DNA from: Phyllobates terribilis
Taxonomy: Eukaryota
NCBI RefSeq assembly: GCF_046119375.1
Contig: NW_027362765.1
Location: forward strand, 554,652,001 to 554,716,000
Direction of reading: 5' to 3'
Length of the DNA stretch: 64,000 bases
The first letter of the stretch is position 1; each line of letters begins with the position of its first letter. A program made the position numbers and the translations under genes. Shown here in pieces: positions 46,057-59,793 of this stretch. Under the pieces are notes generated by a model. That model searched no databases, had not been told where the DNA came from, and saw only the letters and a list, made by a program, of their open reading frames with translations.

Positions 46057-47269
46057 TGACACGCCCCCTGGGCCGTGGGGTACCTGGAGCCGGGCCTGTA
46101 GATGCTGGGGGTTGTAGTCACCGTGGCGGTGACCCGGTCCGTGACCCAGGGCGGTCAAACCAGGGTAGTCTATGTGTGTCTCTTATGTATAGTCCGACTA
46201 CGCCACCTGTGGAATGCGGTTATTGGGAACCGCCGCTGCGGAGCAGTCCGCTGAAGCTGGTGGTATGTGCAGCAAGGTGATGTAACTCCCCACAGGAAGA
46301 GTGGAGCTTCAGGGCAGTGTGTATGGATGATGGTGGTTGTAGTGCAGGGAGTCATAAATGACATGGAGTCAGATAGTGCAGTCCTAGGTCTTTTACTCAC
46401 AATTGTAGCAGTTCCAGATACAGGGCCAGTGTAGAGGCCCACGGCGTCCTGTGTTCACGCAGTGAGGAGCTCGGTCGACCCTCAGGTAATTCCGGAGTAT
46501 TTTGTAGGACCCCCTTCTGTGTGTCCTCTCTCTGGCCTGCTCCCTGCACCTCATATTCAGTGGCACTTCTATCCGGCGTCCTCGGGCCTTGGCGGGCGAC
46601 GTGTGTTCCATCCCCTGGGTCCTATGTGGCTACCTTCTTAGTGTACTGGTGTGGACTTGCGGCCTGCAGTACTTGCGGCCTGCTGCAGCCTCCGGTTTCC
46701 TAGTTTGGCCTTGTAGCTCTGTGCTAGTTGAGGGACCGGTTCCCTTCTTCTGGCCTGACCCCCCTACCTCCTGGTAGCGGCAGGCGTATGGGTGGCTTGC
46801 TGCACGGCCCGTACTCCTAGGGTCCCTTCTCTCCTCATTCCTGGAGCCGTCCTGCTCCCTCTCCTTCTCTCCCCAGACTTGGGCCTCAGTGCTGGGCCCG
46901 CCTCCGGTGCAGAGCTCGTGCAGAGCCTCTGCTCCTGTCACTTCTCCTCTCAACTCCAACTCCTTCTCCGACCCTGCACCAAGATGGTTCCTTCCTTTTA
47001 TACCTCCTACTCCAGTGCTCCCAGGATCTATGTCCTCCACCCCATCCACTACATAGTTCCCCCTCTCTAAGTGGTTCCTCCCCTCTCCAGCCAGGGACCA
47101 GGGACTGTGCTCTCCTGTAGGAGCAATCTCTCCCTGTCCCCCGGAAATGTGGTGTAGTGAATGCAGGTGTTAGGGTCCTCAGCCATACTCCTTCCTTACC
47201 TGAGAGTGAGGTACCACTCTGGATGAGATGCAACACCTCTGTGGCGACCGAACCCTCAGGGGCGCCACA
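46057..47269. mobile_element. Solo LTR (1213 bp)
   Basis: TGACACGCCCCCTGGGCCGTGGGG...GGGGCGCCACA; 4-bp TSD TTTA. Confidence 0.82.
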
Positions 47270-47388
47270 TTTACATAAACAAAAAAATTATAAGAAGATA
47301 ATGATTTAGGAATAAGAGGCTTTCACTGTAACAGACATCCATTATAAGAATTCTTACATCTCATATGTCAGATAAACAAGCCACTTAA

Positions 47389-47812
47389 AGGGCACCTGTC
47401 AAGTCCCAAAACACTATTAACCTGCAGATATTTATTTATTTATTGATAAGGGGTTAATCTGCAGGTTAATAGCATTCTAAAGCTGCTTGGCTACCTGGAG
47501 AAAATGAACTTTATTGTGAGCCGCGGCTGTAGCTACATCCCAGCACTGCTTGACAGCCGGCTCTGTGCTGATGAACTAGTGAGTCAGCTGTCAGCCAGTG
47601 CCAGAGTGCGGTTATATTTGCCACTGATTGTATACTGAACAGTGATTCAAGCTGCAACAGCCTTGCTTCTGTGACTGAAAGCTGGAGGCTTCCAGGAGAA
47701 GTAAAGCTAATTTCCTCCTGATAGGCGTGCTTTCAGCGCAGCAGACGGGCATCTTTGGAACGCTATTAACATGCAGATTGTCCCAAAAAATTTGGGACTT
47801 GACAGGTTCCCT
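47389..47812. mobile_element. T2-type MITE
   Basis: TTAA-AGGGCACCTGTCAAGTCCCAAA ... TTTGGGACTTGACAGGTTCCCT-TTAA. Confidence 0.88.
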
Positions 47813-48986
47813 TTAAAGTCCATTTATACAGCACGATTGTCAGCTAACGCTCCTAGGAACGCTTGTTTCACTATAATCGTACAGTCTAAGCAGGCTGCTG
47901 ATCATCCTACGAAGGAGCAAAAAAAGGTTATTTGCCAGCTGAAATTATCTTTTGGTTTGCGCAAGAGATCTTCGTTTTCAGCAACACATCGTCCTGTGTA
48001 AACACGACTTGTGCAGCTGAAAACAATGACAGCCTATGCGCACTAAACAGTCCATTACGGATTGCTCAGTGTGTACCTTATGTTCGGCCTGCCTGTGTAA
48101 ACAAGTTATTAAACGACCACCAATCGGTTAATATTTATTTCCACAAAATTGTCTAATGTAAATGTAATGAAACATGTTACAGCAAGTCAGCACAATTACA
48201 CAGGTAGTAGAGCTAGTGTGAATCATTCTGGTCACAACAGTAATCTGTGAACACTTGTCACCCAGATAACCTCCCCCCTACCTGACGACATGCGCGGTTA
48301 TTCTTTTGCTTATTTGGCCTAGCGCAATGTCACATGTGTGTCATACCACAATGACGACGTTTCGCCAGACCAAATAATCAAAAGAGAAGCCGGGTATGCC
48401 ATCAGCATTCCTGTTCAGCAGCCACAGATTACTGTAACTGGATGGACAAGTTGTTGCTAAATCTAATATTAACACAATACCAACACAATACTAACATGTG
48501 GAAGTGTCCACAAACTCTAAGTGAAAGCACATCAAGAAAGATTGAGTGTCCATCATCTAAAGACACTCATACACATGAGATAAAAGTCAGCCAAGCCAAA
48601 CAATTTAGGTAGAATTGGACTACCAGCCAATGTGTATTGTGCCTCCTTACAGGGGAACACACAGATTGCATAGTTGGAATGCAATCACCTTATCCTTTTG
48701 TTTTGTGGGGAGATAAGCCACTACCGGGTGATTCTGGAAGCAGGTCTCCTATGGATTGTTTTTGTGTTAAAACTAGTGTTGAGCGAGCATGCTCGACACT
48801 GCTCGGTACTCGCCCAAGCATCACGCTACTCGGGATGTTCGGCGAGCACCGAGCATTTCCGGGTTACTCGGGCAGGAGCTCGGGTCTCCGCCCTGCATGT
48901 TTGGCGCTCTTTACAGAGCCAATGAACATGCAGGGATTGCCAGCCAGTCACTGTAATGCCGCAGCCATATTGTGGGCATTACAGTG

Positions 48987-49041
48987 ATTGGCTGGCCGCA
49001 CAGCGTCACCTCGAGTATTTAAAACCGGGCGCCGCCATTTT
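48987..49041 (+). promoter_or_regulatory. Candidate transposase promoter (inverted CCAAT, TATA-like, YY1-type motif)
   Basis: ATTGG at 48987, TATTTAAAA at 49016, CGCCATTTT at 49033, in canonical order and spacing. Confidence 0.5.
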
Positions 49042-49419
49042 GGACACAGTCGCTCCGGATCAGACAGTGTAGGGACAGCGCTGCTGATTTATGGAGAGAT
49101 ATATCCTGCGAAATAGTTAGTGTAGGGTCTGTAAAGGCTGACAGATCAAACAAACAGTCCTTCTCAGGACTAATATCCATCCCAGGTATATCAGGCAGGC
49201 AGGCAGGCAGGCTGTATAGGAGACGCAGTGGTTATACCAGCAAACGCTGCATTTCACTCCTGTGTGCCCCTGTTGCTGAAATTGCTGGACTTAGCTCCAG
49301 GTCTCGGGGGCCAGGAAAAATCCTTTTTTTTTCATCTAAATCCTCTTTTTTTTTTCCTCCTTCACACTGTACAAATACACATCTTATTAACCTATTGGTG
49401 TCCCCCTCCCCCCCAAAAA

Positions 49420-52400
49420 AAAGTGTGTCTCTGATTGTTCAGACACAAATATATCTGTTGAAAATTGTCTGGTGTAGGCCAGAGAAATAAAAGTGTGGTT
49501 TTGCAGTTCCATGGGCCATTTGTATCTAAAAAAAACAGTTTGAGTGTGTCGCTCACTGATCAGCCGCAAATATATATATTTTAAAAAGTCTGGTATACAC
49601 CAGTAAATTATAACTGTGGTTTTGCTGTCCCACGGTAAAAAATCACTATTATCCTGTTTTTGGCATTTTTTGCCGTAAAAAAAAAATAATAGTGTCTCCC
49701 TGATTGTTCAGACACAAATATATCTGATGAAAATAGTCTGGTGTAGGCCAGAGAGACAGAAGTGTGCTTTTGCTGTTCCACGGTAAAAAATCTCTATTAT
49801 CCTGCTCTTGGCATTTTTTTCCGTAAAAAAAAAATAATAGTGTCTCCCTGATTTTTCAGAAGAAAATATATCTGTTAGAAAATAGTCTGGTGTAGGCCAG
49901 AGAGACAGAAGTGTGCTTTTGCTGTTCCACGGTAAAAAATCTCTATTATCCTGCTCTTGGCATTTTTTGCCGTAAAAAAAAATAGTAATAGTGTCTCCCT
50001 GATTTTTCAGACACAAATATATCAGTTGAAAATAGTCTGGTGTAGGCCTGAGTAATACAAGTGTGGTTTTGCAGTTCCACGGTTCAAACCTCTGTATTAT
50101 CCACTTTTGTGCCATTTGTATCTAAAAAAGACAGTTTGAGTGTGTCACTCACTGTTCAGCTGCAAAAATATATATATAAAAAGTCTGGTATACACCAGTA
50201 AATTATAACTGTGGTTTTGCTGTTCCACGGTAAAAAATCTCTATTATCCTGCACTTGGCATTTTTTTCCATAAAGAAAAAAATAATAGTGTCTCCCTGAT
50301 TTTTCAGACACAAATATATCTGTTGAAAATAGTCTGGTGTAGGCCAGAGAAATAGAAGTGTGGTTTTGCAGTTCCATGGGCCATTTGTATCTAAAAAAAA
50401 CAGTTTGAGTGTGTCGCTCACTGTTCAGCCGCAAATATATATATTTCAAAAAATCTGGTATACACCAGTAAATTATAACTGTGGTTTTGCTGTTCCACGG
50501 TAAAAAATCTCTATTATCCTGTTTTTGGCATTTTTTGCCGTAAAAAAAAAATAATAGTGTCTCCCTGATTTTTCAGAAGAAAATATATCTGTTGAAAATA
50601 GTCTGGTGTAGGCCAGAGAGACAGAAGTGTGCTTTTGCTGTTCCACGGCAAAAAATCTCTATTATCCTGCTCTTGCCATTTTTTGCTGTAAAAAAAATAG
50701 TAATAGTGTCTCCCTGATTTTTCAGACACAAATATATCAGTTGAAAATAATCTGGTGTAGGCCCGAGCAATACAAGTGTGGTTTTGCAGTTCCACGGTTC
50801 AAACCTCTGTATTATCCACTTTTGTGCCATTTGTATCTAAAAAAGACAGTTTGAGTGTGTCGCTCACTGTTCAGCCGCAAAAATATATATATAAAAAGTC
50901 TGGTATACACCAGTAAATTATAACTGTGTTTTTGCTGTTCCACGGTAAAAAATATCTATTATCCTGTTTTGGGCATTTTTTGCCGTAAAAAAAAAAATAA
51001 TAGTGTCTCCCTGATTTTTCAGACACAAATATATCTGTTGAAAATAGTCTGGTGTAGGCCACAGAGACAGAAGTGTGCTTTTGCTGTTCCATGGTAAAAA
51101 ATCTCTATTATCCTGCTCTTGACATTTTTTGCCGTAAAAAAAAAATAATAGTGTCTCCCTGATTGTTCAGACACAAATATATCTGTTGAAAATAGTCTGG
51201 TGTAGGCCAGAGAATTAGAAGTGTGGTTTTGCAGTTCCATGGGCCATTTGTATCTAAAAAAAACAGTTTGAGTGTGTCGCTCACTGTTCAGCCGCAAATA
51301 TTTATATTTTAAAAAGTCTGGTATACACCAGTAAATTATAACTGTGGTTTTGCTGTTCCACGGTAAAAAATCTCTATTATCCTGTTTTTGGCATTTTTTG
51401 CCGTAAAAAAAAAAATAATAGTGTCTCCCTGATTGTTCAGACACAAATATATCTGTTGAAAATAGTCTGGTGTAGGCCAGAGAGACAGAAGTGTGCTTTT
51501 GCCGTTCCACGGTAAAAAATCTCTATTATCCTGCTCTTGGCATTTTTTTCCATAAAAATAAAAATAATAGTGTCTCCCTGACTTTTCAGACACAAATATA
51601 TCTGTTGAAAATAGTCTGGTGTAGGCCAGAGAGACAGAAGTGTGCTTTTGCTGTTGTACGGTAAAAAATCTCTATTATCCTGCTCTTGGCATTTTTTGCC
51701 GTAAAAAAAAAAAATAGTGTCTCCCTGATTTTTCAGACACAAATATATCTGTTGAAAATAGTCTGGTGTAGGCCCGAGAAATACAAGCGTGGTTTTGCAG
51801 TTCCACGGTTCAAACCTCAGTATTATCCACTTTTGGGCCATTTGTATCTAAAAAAAACAGTTTGAGTGTGTCGCTCACTGTTCAGCCGCAAAAATATATA
51901 TATATTTAAAAAAGTCTGGTATACACCAGTAAATTATAACTGTGGTTTTGCTGTTCCACGGTAAAAAATCTCTATTATCCTGTTTTTGGCATTTTTTGCA
52001 GTAAAAAAAAAATAATAGTGTCTCCCTGATTTTTCAGTCACAAATATATCTGTTAAAAATAGTCTCGTGTAGGCCAGAGAGACAGAAGTGTGCTTTTGCC
52101 GTTCCACGGTAAAAAATCTCTATTATCCTGCTCTTGGCATTTTTTTCCATAAAAATAAAAATAATAGTGTCTCCCTGACTTTTCAGACACAAATATATCT
52201 GTTGAAAATAGTCTGGTGTAGGCCAGAGAGACAGAAGTGTGCTTTTGCTGTTGCACGTTAAAAAATCTCTATTATCCTGCTCTTGGCATTTTTTGCCGTA
52301 AAAAAAAAAAATAGTGTCTCCCTGATTTTTCAGACACAAATATATCTATTGAAAATAGTCTGGTGTAGGCCCGAAAAATACAAGCGTGGTTTTGCAGTTC

Positions 52401-55400
52401 CACGGTTCAAACCTCTGTATTATCCACTTTTGGGCCATTTGTATCTAAAAAAAACAGTTTGAGTGTGTCGCTCACTGTTCAGCCGCAAAAATATATATAT
52501 ATTTAAAAAAGACTGGTATACACCAGTAAATTATAACTGTGGTTTTGCTGTTCCACGGTAAAAAATCTCTATTATCCTGTTTTTGGCATTTTTGCCATAA
52601 AAAAAAAGAATAATAGTGTCTCCCTGATTTTTCAGACACAAATAAATCTGTTTAAAATAGTCTGGTGTAGGCCAGAGAGACAGAAGTGTGCTTTTGCTGT
52701 TCCATGGTAAAAAATCTCTAGTATCCTGCTCTTGGCATTTCTTGCCGTCAAAAAAAAAAAAATAGTGTCTCCCTGATTTTTCAGACACAAATATATCTGT
52801 TGAAAATAGTCTGGTGTAGGCCCGAGAAATACAAGTGTGGTTTTGCAGTTCCACGGTTCAAACCTCTGTATTATCCACTTTTGGGCCATTTGTATCTAAA
52901 AAAAACAGTTTGAGTGTGTCGCTCACTGTTCAGCCGCAAAAATATATATATATTTAAAAAAGTCTGGTATACACCAGTAAATTATAACTGTGGTTTTGCT
53001 GTTCCACGGTAAAAAATCTCTATTATCCTGTTTTTGGCATTTTTTGCAGTAAAAAAAAAATAATAGTGTCTCCCTGATTTTTCAGACACAAATATATCTG
53101 TTAAAAATAGTCTCGTGTAGGCCAGAGAGACAGAAGTGTGCTTTTGCCGTTCCACGGTAAAAAATCTCTATTATCCTGCTCTTGGCATTTTTTTCCATAA
53201 AAATAAAAATAATAGTGTCTCCCTGACTTTTCAGACACAAATATATCTGTTGAAAATAGTCTGGTGTAGGCCAGAGAGACAGAAGTGTGCTTTTGCTGTT
53301 GCACGGTAAAAAATCTCTATTATCCTGCTCTTGGCATTTTTTGCTGTAAAAAAAAAAAATAGTGTCTCCCTGATTTTTCAGACACAAATATATCTATTGA
53401 AAATAGTCTGGTGTAGGCCCGAGAAATACAAGCGTGGTTTTGCAGTTCCACGGTTCAAACCTCTGTATTATCCACTTTTGGGCCATTTGTATCTAAAAAA
53501 AACAGTTTGAGTGTGTCGCTCACTGTTCAGCCGCAAAAATATATATATATTTAAAAAAGTCTGGTATACACCAGTAAATTATAACTGTGGTTTTGCTGTT
53601 CCACGGTAAAAAATCTCTATTATCCTGTTTTTGGCATTTTTTGCCGTAAAAAAAAAATAATAGTGTCTCCCTGATTTTTCAGACACAAATATATCTGTTA
53701 AAAATAGTCTCGTGTAGGCCAGAGAGACAGAAGTGTGCTTTTGCTGTTCCACGGTAAAAAATCTCTATTATCCTGTTTTTGGCATTTTTTGCCGTAAAAA
53801 AAAAATAATAGTGTCTCCCTGATTTTTCAGACACAAATATATCTGTTGAAAATAGTCTGGTGTAGGCCAGAGAAATAGAAGTGTGGTTTTGCAGTTCCAT
53901 GGGCCATTTGTATCTAAAAAAAACAGTTTGAGTGTGTCGCTCACTGTTCAGCCGCAAATATATATATTTAAAAAAGTCTGGTATACACCAGTAAATTATA
54001 ACTGTGGTTTTGCTGTTCCACGGTAAAAAATCTCTATTATCCTGTTTTTGGCATTTTTGCCATAAAAAAAAAATAATAGTGTCTCCCTGATTTTTCAGAC
54101 ACAAATAAATCTGTTTAAAATAGTCTGGTGTAGGCCAGAGACACAGAAGTGTGCTTTTGCTGTTCCATGGTAAAAAATCTCTAGTATCCTGCTCTTGGCA
54201 TTTCTTGCCGTCAAAAAAAAATAAATAGTGTCTCCCTGATTTTTCAGACACAAATATATCTGTTGAAAATAGTCTGGTGTAGGCCCGAGAAATACAAGTG
54301 TGGTTTTGCAGTTCCACGGTTCAAACCTCTGTATTATCCACTTTTGGGCCATTTGTATCTAAAAAAAACAGTTTGAGTGTGTCGCTCACTGTTCAGCTGC
54401 AAATATATATATATTTAAAAAGTCTGGTATACACCAGTAAATTATAACTGTGGTTTTGCTGTTCCACGGTAAGAAATCTCTATTATCCTGCTTTTGGCAT
54501 TTTTTGCCGTAAAAAATAAATAGTGTCTCCTGATTGGTCAGACTCAAATATATCTGTTGAAAATAGTCTGGTGTAGGCCCGAGAAATACAAGTGTGGTTT
54601 TGCAGTTCCACGGGTCAAATCTCTGTATTATCCTGCTTTTCGCAATTTTTGGCCGTAAAAAATAAATAATAGTGTCTCCTGATTGTTCAGACACAAATTT
54701 ATCTGTTTAGAATAGTCTGATGTAGGCCCAAGAAATACAAGTGTGGTTTTGCAGTTCCACGGGTCAAATCTCTGTATTATCCTGCTTTTCGCAATTTTTA
54801 GCCGTAAAAAATAAATAATAGTGTCTCCTGATTGTTCAGACACAAATATATCTGTTGAAAATAGTCTGGTGTAGGCCCGAGAAATACAAGTGTGGTTTTG
54901 CAGTTCCATGGTTCAAACCTCTGTATTATCCACTTTTGGGCCATTTATATCTAAAAAAAAAACAGTTTGAGTGTGTCGCTCACTTGTCAGCCGCAAATAT
55001 ATATATATTTAAAAAAGTCTGGTATACACCAGAAATTATAACTGTGGTTTTGCTGTTCCACGGTAAAAAATCTCTATTATCCTGCTTTTGGCATTTTTTG
55101 CGGTAAAAAATAAATAGTGTCTCCTGATTGTTCAGACACAAATATATCTGTTGTAAATAGTCTGGTGTAGGCCCGAGAAATACAAGTGTGGTTTTGCAGT
55201 TCCACGGGTCAAATCTCTGTATTTTCCTGCTTTTCGCAATTTTTGGCCGTAAAAAATAAATAATAGTGTCTCCTGATTGTTTAGACACAAATATATCTGT
55301 TGAAAATAGTCTGTTGTAGGCCCGAGAAATACAAGTGTGGTTTTGCAGTTCCACGGGTCAAATCTCTGTATTATCCTGCTTTTCGCAATTTTTGGCCGTA

Positions 55401-56260
55401 AAAAATAAATAATAGTGTCTCCTGATTGTTCAGACACAAATATATCTGTTGAAAATAGTCTGGTGTAGGCCCGAGGAATATAAGTGTGGTTTTGCAGTTC
55501 CACGGTTCAAACCTCTGTATTATCCACTTTTGAGCCATTTGTATCTAAAAAAAACAGTTTGAGTGTGTCGCTCACTGTTCAGCCGCAAATATATATATAT
55601 TTTAAAAAGTCTGGTATACACCAGTAAATTATAACTGTGGTTTTGCTGTTCCACGGTAAAAAATCTCTATTATCCTGCTTTTGGCATTTTTTGCCGTAAA
55701 AAATAAATAGTGTCTCCTGATAGTTCAGACACAAATATATCTGTTGAAAATAGTCTGGTGTAGGCCCAAGAAATACAAGTGTGGTTTTGCAGTTCCACGG
55801 GTCAAATCTCTGTATTATCCTGCTTTTTTGCATTTTTTGCCATAAAGAAAAACAGTAGTGTCTCCTGATTGTTCAGACACAAATATATCTGTTGAAAATA
55901 GTCTGGTGTAGGCCCGAGAAATACAAGTGTGGTTTTGCAGTTCCATGGTTCAAACCTCTGTATTATCCACTTTTGGGCCATTTGTAACTAAAAAAAACAG
56001 TTTGATTGTGTCGCTCACTGTTCAGCCGCAAATATATATATATTTTAAAAAGTCTGGTATACATACACCAGTAAATTATAACTGTGGTTTTGCTGTTCCA
56101 CGGTAAGAAATCTCTATTATTCAGCTTTTGGTATTTTTTCCGTAAAGAAAAACAGTAATATTTTCTCCCTGATTGTTCAGATTGTTTAAAAGAGTCAGGT
56201 GTAGGCCAGAGAAATAGAACTGTGGTTTTCCTCTTCCACGGTTCTAATCTACTTTTTATT
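49420..56260. repeat. Satellite-like tandem array, ~149-bp monomers in variable higher-order units
   Basis: A-type monomer (...GTGTCTCCCTGATTTTTCAGACACAAATATATCTGTTGAAAATAGTCTGGTGTAGGCC...) and B-type monomer (...CCATTTGTATCTAAAAAAAACAGTTTGAGTGTGTCGCTC...); about 45 monomers. Confidence 0.95.
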
Positions 56261-56306
56261 ACCCTTTTTCTATTGATAGTGCGAGTGTAAACTAACTTAC
56301 TTTACA

Positions 56307-59300
56307 ATGGGCAAGGCGCGTGGCAAGGGACGTGGAACTGGACGTTCTGGTGATGGTGCATGTAGAGGACAGGGCCGTGGCCAAGGTGAAAATGTGCCAC
56401 AACCAACAGCCACATCTTCTCTCTCCCACTTCTTGACCGAATTACTAGGGAAGCACAGAACAACAACAATATTGTGAACTGATCAGTGTGAACAGGTTAT
56501 TAATTGGATAGCAGATAATACTTCCAGTTACCTGGGCACCACCACATCCAGCCTGTCTTCCACACAGTCGACTCTTAGTAGTTGTGAGTCTTGACTGCAT
56601 ACTCCTCCTCACCCTGATGCTCCTTCCTCCCACCATGCTGAGTGTCGTCAGAAAGCAACTGATCCCACACTTGGACACTCTGAAGAGCTGTACACTGGTC
56701 CATTTCCAGATTTGTGCCCCTCGCCTGCTCCGCTTGAAGTGGTGGAAGAGGAGATCCCATGTAGCGATGCCCAAATATTTGAACAGCCACGGCCACAGGA
56801 AGTCGACGCTGGCAATTTGTCACAAGATGTGGACAATGACGAGACACAATTGCCAGGAAGTGAGGAAGAGGATCGTGGTGCGCAAGTGGAAGAGGAGGAG
56901 GTGGTGGATGATCTAGTAACTGACCCAACGTGGCAGGAGGACATGCAGAGTGAGGCCAGCAGCACACAGGGGGAAGGAGGCAGAGTACCCCAACAGCAGT
57001 GTGGTGGCCGCAGACAGAAGGCGGGCAACCGTTCCCCGTAACAACAACACGAGGGACGTTGGCAGTACAACCGGTAGGTCTTCCAGAGTCTGGAATTTTT
57101 TTTAAAGACTCTGCTGATAACCTCAAAAAGGCCATTTGTACTACCTGCCATGCCAACATCAGCAGGGGTGACAAAACTACCAGCGTGACCACCACCAGCA
57201 TGATCAGGCACATGGCAGCTAAGCCCCCGAACTTTGTGGGCCGAACCCCTGGGTCAACGACCAGTGTCAGTGGGTGTCACCACTGCTTCTTCCACTGTTG
57301 TGCGTGCAATAGAACTCCCTGTTGTGTGTGCAAGGCAATCCCCTGTCCATAATGCATGCAAAGATGCCCCCTCCTCTCAGTCTTCACTTGTTATTGCAGT
57401 TTCTCAAGAAACAGCATCAACGTCCATGTCCCACCGCAGCGCTCAATTGTCCATATCCCAGACCTTTGAACGAAAGCGGAAATTCGCAGCTAATGCCCCA
57501 CAGGCCACAGTCCTAAATTCACACATTTCACGACTGCTTGCGTTCGAAATGCTGCCTTTTAGGCTGGTGGAGACGGAATCCTTCCACAACCTTATGGCGG
57601 TGGCCGTCCCTCGGTGCTCGGTTCCCAGCCGACACTATTTTGCCCGGTGTGCCATCCCCGCACTACACCAGCACGTGTCCCAAAACATCTGCGGTGCCCT
57701 CAAAAATGCAGTTACTGGGAGAGTCCACCTGACAACGGACACGTGGACAAGTGATTGTGGCTAGGGACGGTACATCTCCCTGACGGCACACTGGGTAAGC
57801 ATAGTGGAAGCCGGGACCCAGTCGGACCTTGGGACGGAACACATCCTTCCCACACCGAGGATTGCGGGCCCTATGTCAGTCAGAGTTGCCCCCACAGTGT
57901 ACAGCTCCTGCGCATCATCCTCCTCCTCATCCTCATGTTCAGCCTTCATCTCAGATATCACCACATCAGTTACAAGCTGGAAGCACTGCAGTACTGCCAC
58001 CGCCAAGCGGCAACAGGCTGTGCTGAAACTCCTAAGCTTAAGTGAGAAACATTACACTGCTTGTGAGTTGTGGACAGCTGTGAAAGAGCAGGCAGATCTG
58101 TGGCTGAGACCGCTGAACCTACATCCAGGCATGGTGGTGTGTGACAATGACCGTAACCTGGTGGCGGCTCTGAGGCGAGGCGAGATCACACACGTACCAT
58201 GCCTGGCTCATGTGCTTAACCTCGTGGTTCAGCGGTTTCTTAAATCGTACCCCGAGTTGCCAGATCTGCTCGTCAAAGTACGCCGCCTGTCAGCTCATTT
58301 TCGCAAGTCGGCTACAGCTTCCGCTGCCCTTGCTATGTTGCAGCAGCGTTTGCAGCTTCCGTCACACCGACTGGTGTGTGATGTCCCCACACGTTGGAAC
58401 TCTACCCTCCACATGTTGCAAAGGATTTGTGAGCAGAAGAGAGCAGTTGTGGAGTACCAGCTGCAACAAGGCTGTCGATATTCAGGTCAGACTCCACACA
58501 AGACCTCATGAGTGGACCTGGATGTCTGACATCTGTACCATCTTGACAAACTTTGAGGAGTCCACCCAGATGGTGAGTGGCGATGACGCCATCATTAGCG
58601 TCAGCATTCCACTTGTCTGTCTGTTGCAACGCTCTCTGCAGAGAATTAAAGAGGAGGCATTGCAGCCAGAGTATGATGAGATGGATCAAAAAGCCGTAGC
58701 GGTCGATTACACACAGCCCAGCCTCATCTCATTCCAACGTGCATTGGGGGACAATGAGGGAGAGGAGGAGGAGGAGGAAGAACAGGAGCTTGTATCATGC
58801 GCTGTAGACGGTAGTACCTGTACAACTGTCATACCGTCGGTTCAGCGTGGGTGACCTGAGGACAGGGGGGAGGAGGAGGAGGAGGTGGAGGAGAGCATGG
58901 TCAGTCGTCATCTTTGTGAGGACACGGAAGTCTTGCCCGTTACCAGTCTGGCCCGCATGGCTGACTTTATGTTACGCTGCCTTAACTGTGACCCTCGCGT
59001 TGTCAAAATGTTGGGTGACAGTCATTACTGGTTGGTGACACTTTTAGACCCCCGCTACAAGGAGAACTTTCACTCTCTTATTCCTGAGGTGGAGAGGGCT
59101 ACAAAAATGAGGCAGTACCAGAAGGCCCTTGCTGCAGAACTGTTAAAAAAGTTCCCATCTGAACACGCTAGTGGCAGAGGTCACAGTTCGTTGACCAACC
59201 AAGGCATACAAGCGAGAGAGAGGCAACTCCAATCCAGCAGAGGCAGGGGAACACTGTCAACGTTCTGGGACAGTTTTCTGAGATCCGCCCAGCTTACAGG

Positions 59301-59625
59301 CCCTGAGGCGCGGGGTACTCTCACAAGAAGTGGAAAGTTTCAAAAGATGGTGAGGGAGTACCTTGCCGACCGTACCAGCATCCTCCGTGATTCCTCTGTG
59401 CCTTTTAATTATTGGGTATCCAAGCTTGAATGAACTCGCTCTGTACGCCTTGGAGGTCCTGGCCTGCCCTGCCGCTAGCGTGTTATCGGAGCTGGGGGAA
59501 TTATAACTGATAAGCGCACTCGCCTGTCAACTGACAATGCTGACAAGCTGACCCTTATCAAAATGAACAAGGGCCGGATTGGGCCAGACTTCTCATCACC
59601 ACCAAATGACAGCAGAGTAACATAA
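56307..59625 (+). pseudogene. ZBED-type hAT transposase pseudogene
   Basis: RG-rich start MGKARGKGRG; BED finger (VWNFF..CTTC..MIRH); VHLTTDTWTS; VVCDNDRNL; CLAHVLNL; DVPTRWNST; dimerisation region LSTDNADKLTLIKMN. Several stops, frameshifts and deletions. Confidence 0.93.
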
Positions 59626-59793
59626 AGTCAAATCCACTGTGTTTTTTCAGGAGGTGTATTCACATGCACCGCTTCACACCCACACATGGGTATACGCTTC
59701 CTCATTTCGGCTGTTTTATGTTCTGCTCCTTATCCTCAGCCTCCACCACCACTATACCACCAGGGTGACTGTGGTCCGTGTTGCCATTATTGA

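Noticed and set aside
49387-55833. Many recurring minus-strand ORFs (MELQNHT..., MAQKWII...)
   Set aside because: Satellite translations broken by variable homopolymer lengths.
56445-57213. Minus-strand ORFs up to 212 aa
   Set aside because: Antisense shadows of the transposase pseudogene's acidic, low-complexity N-terminal region.
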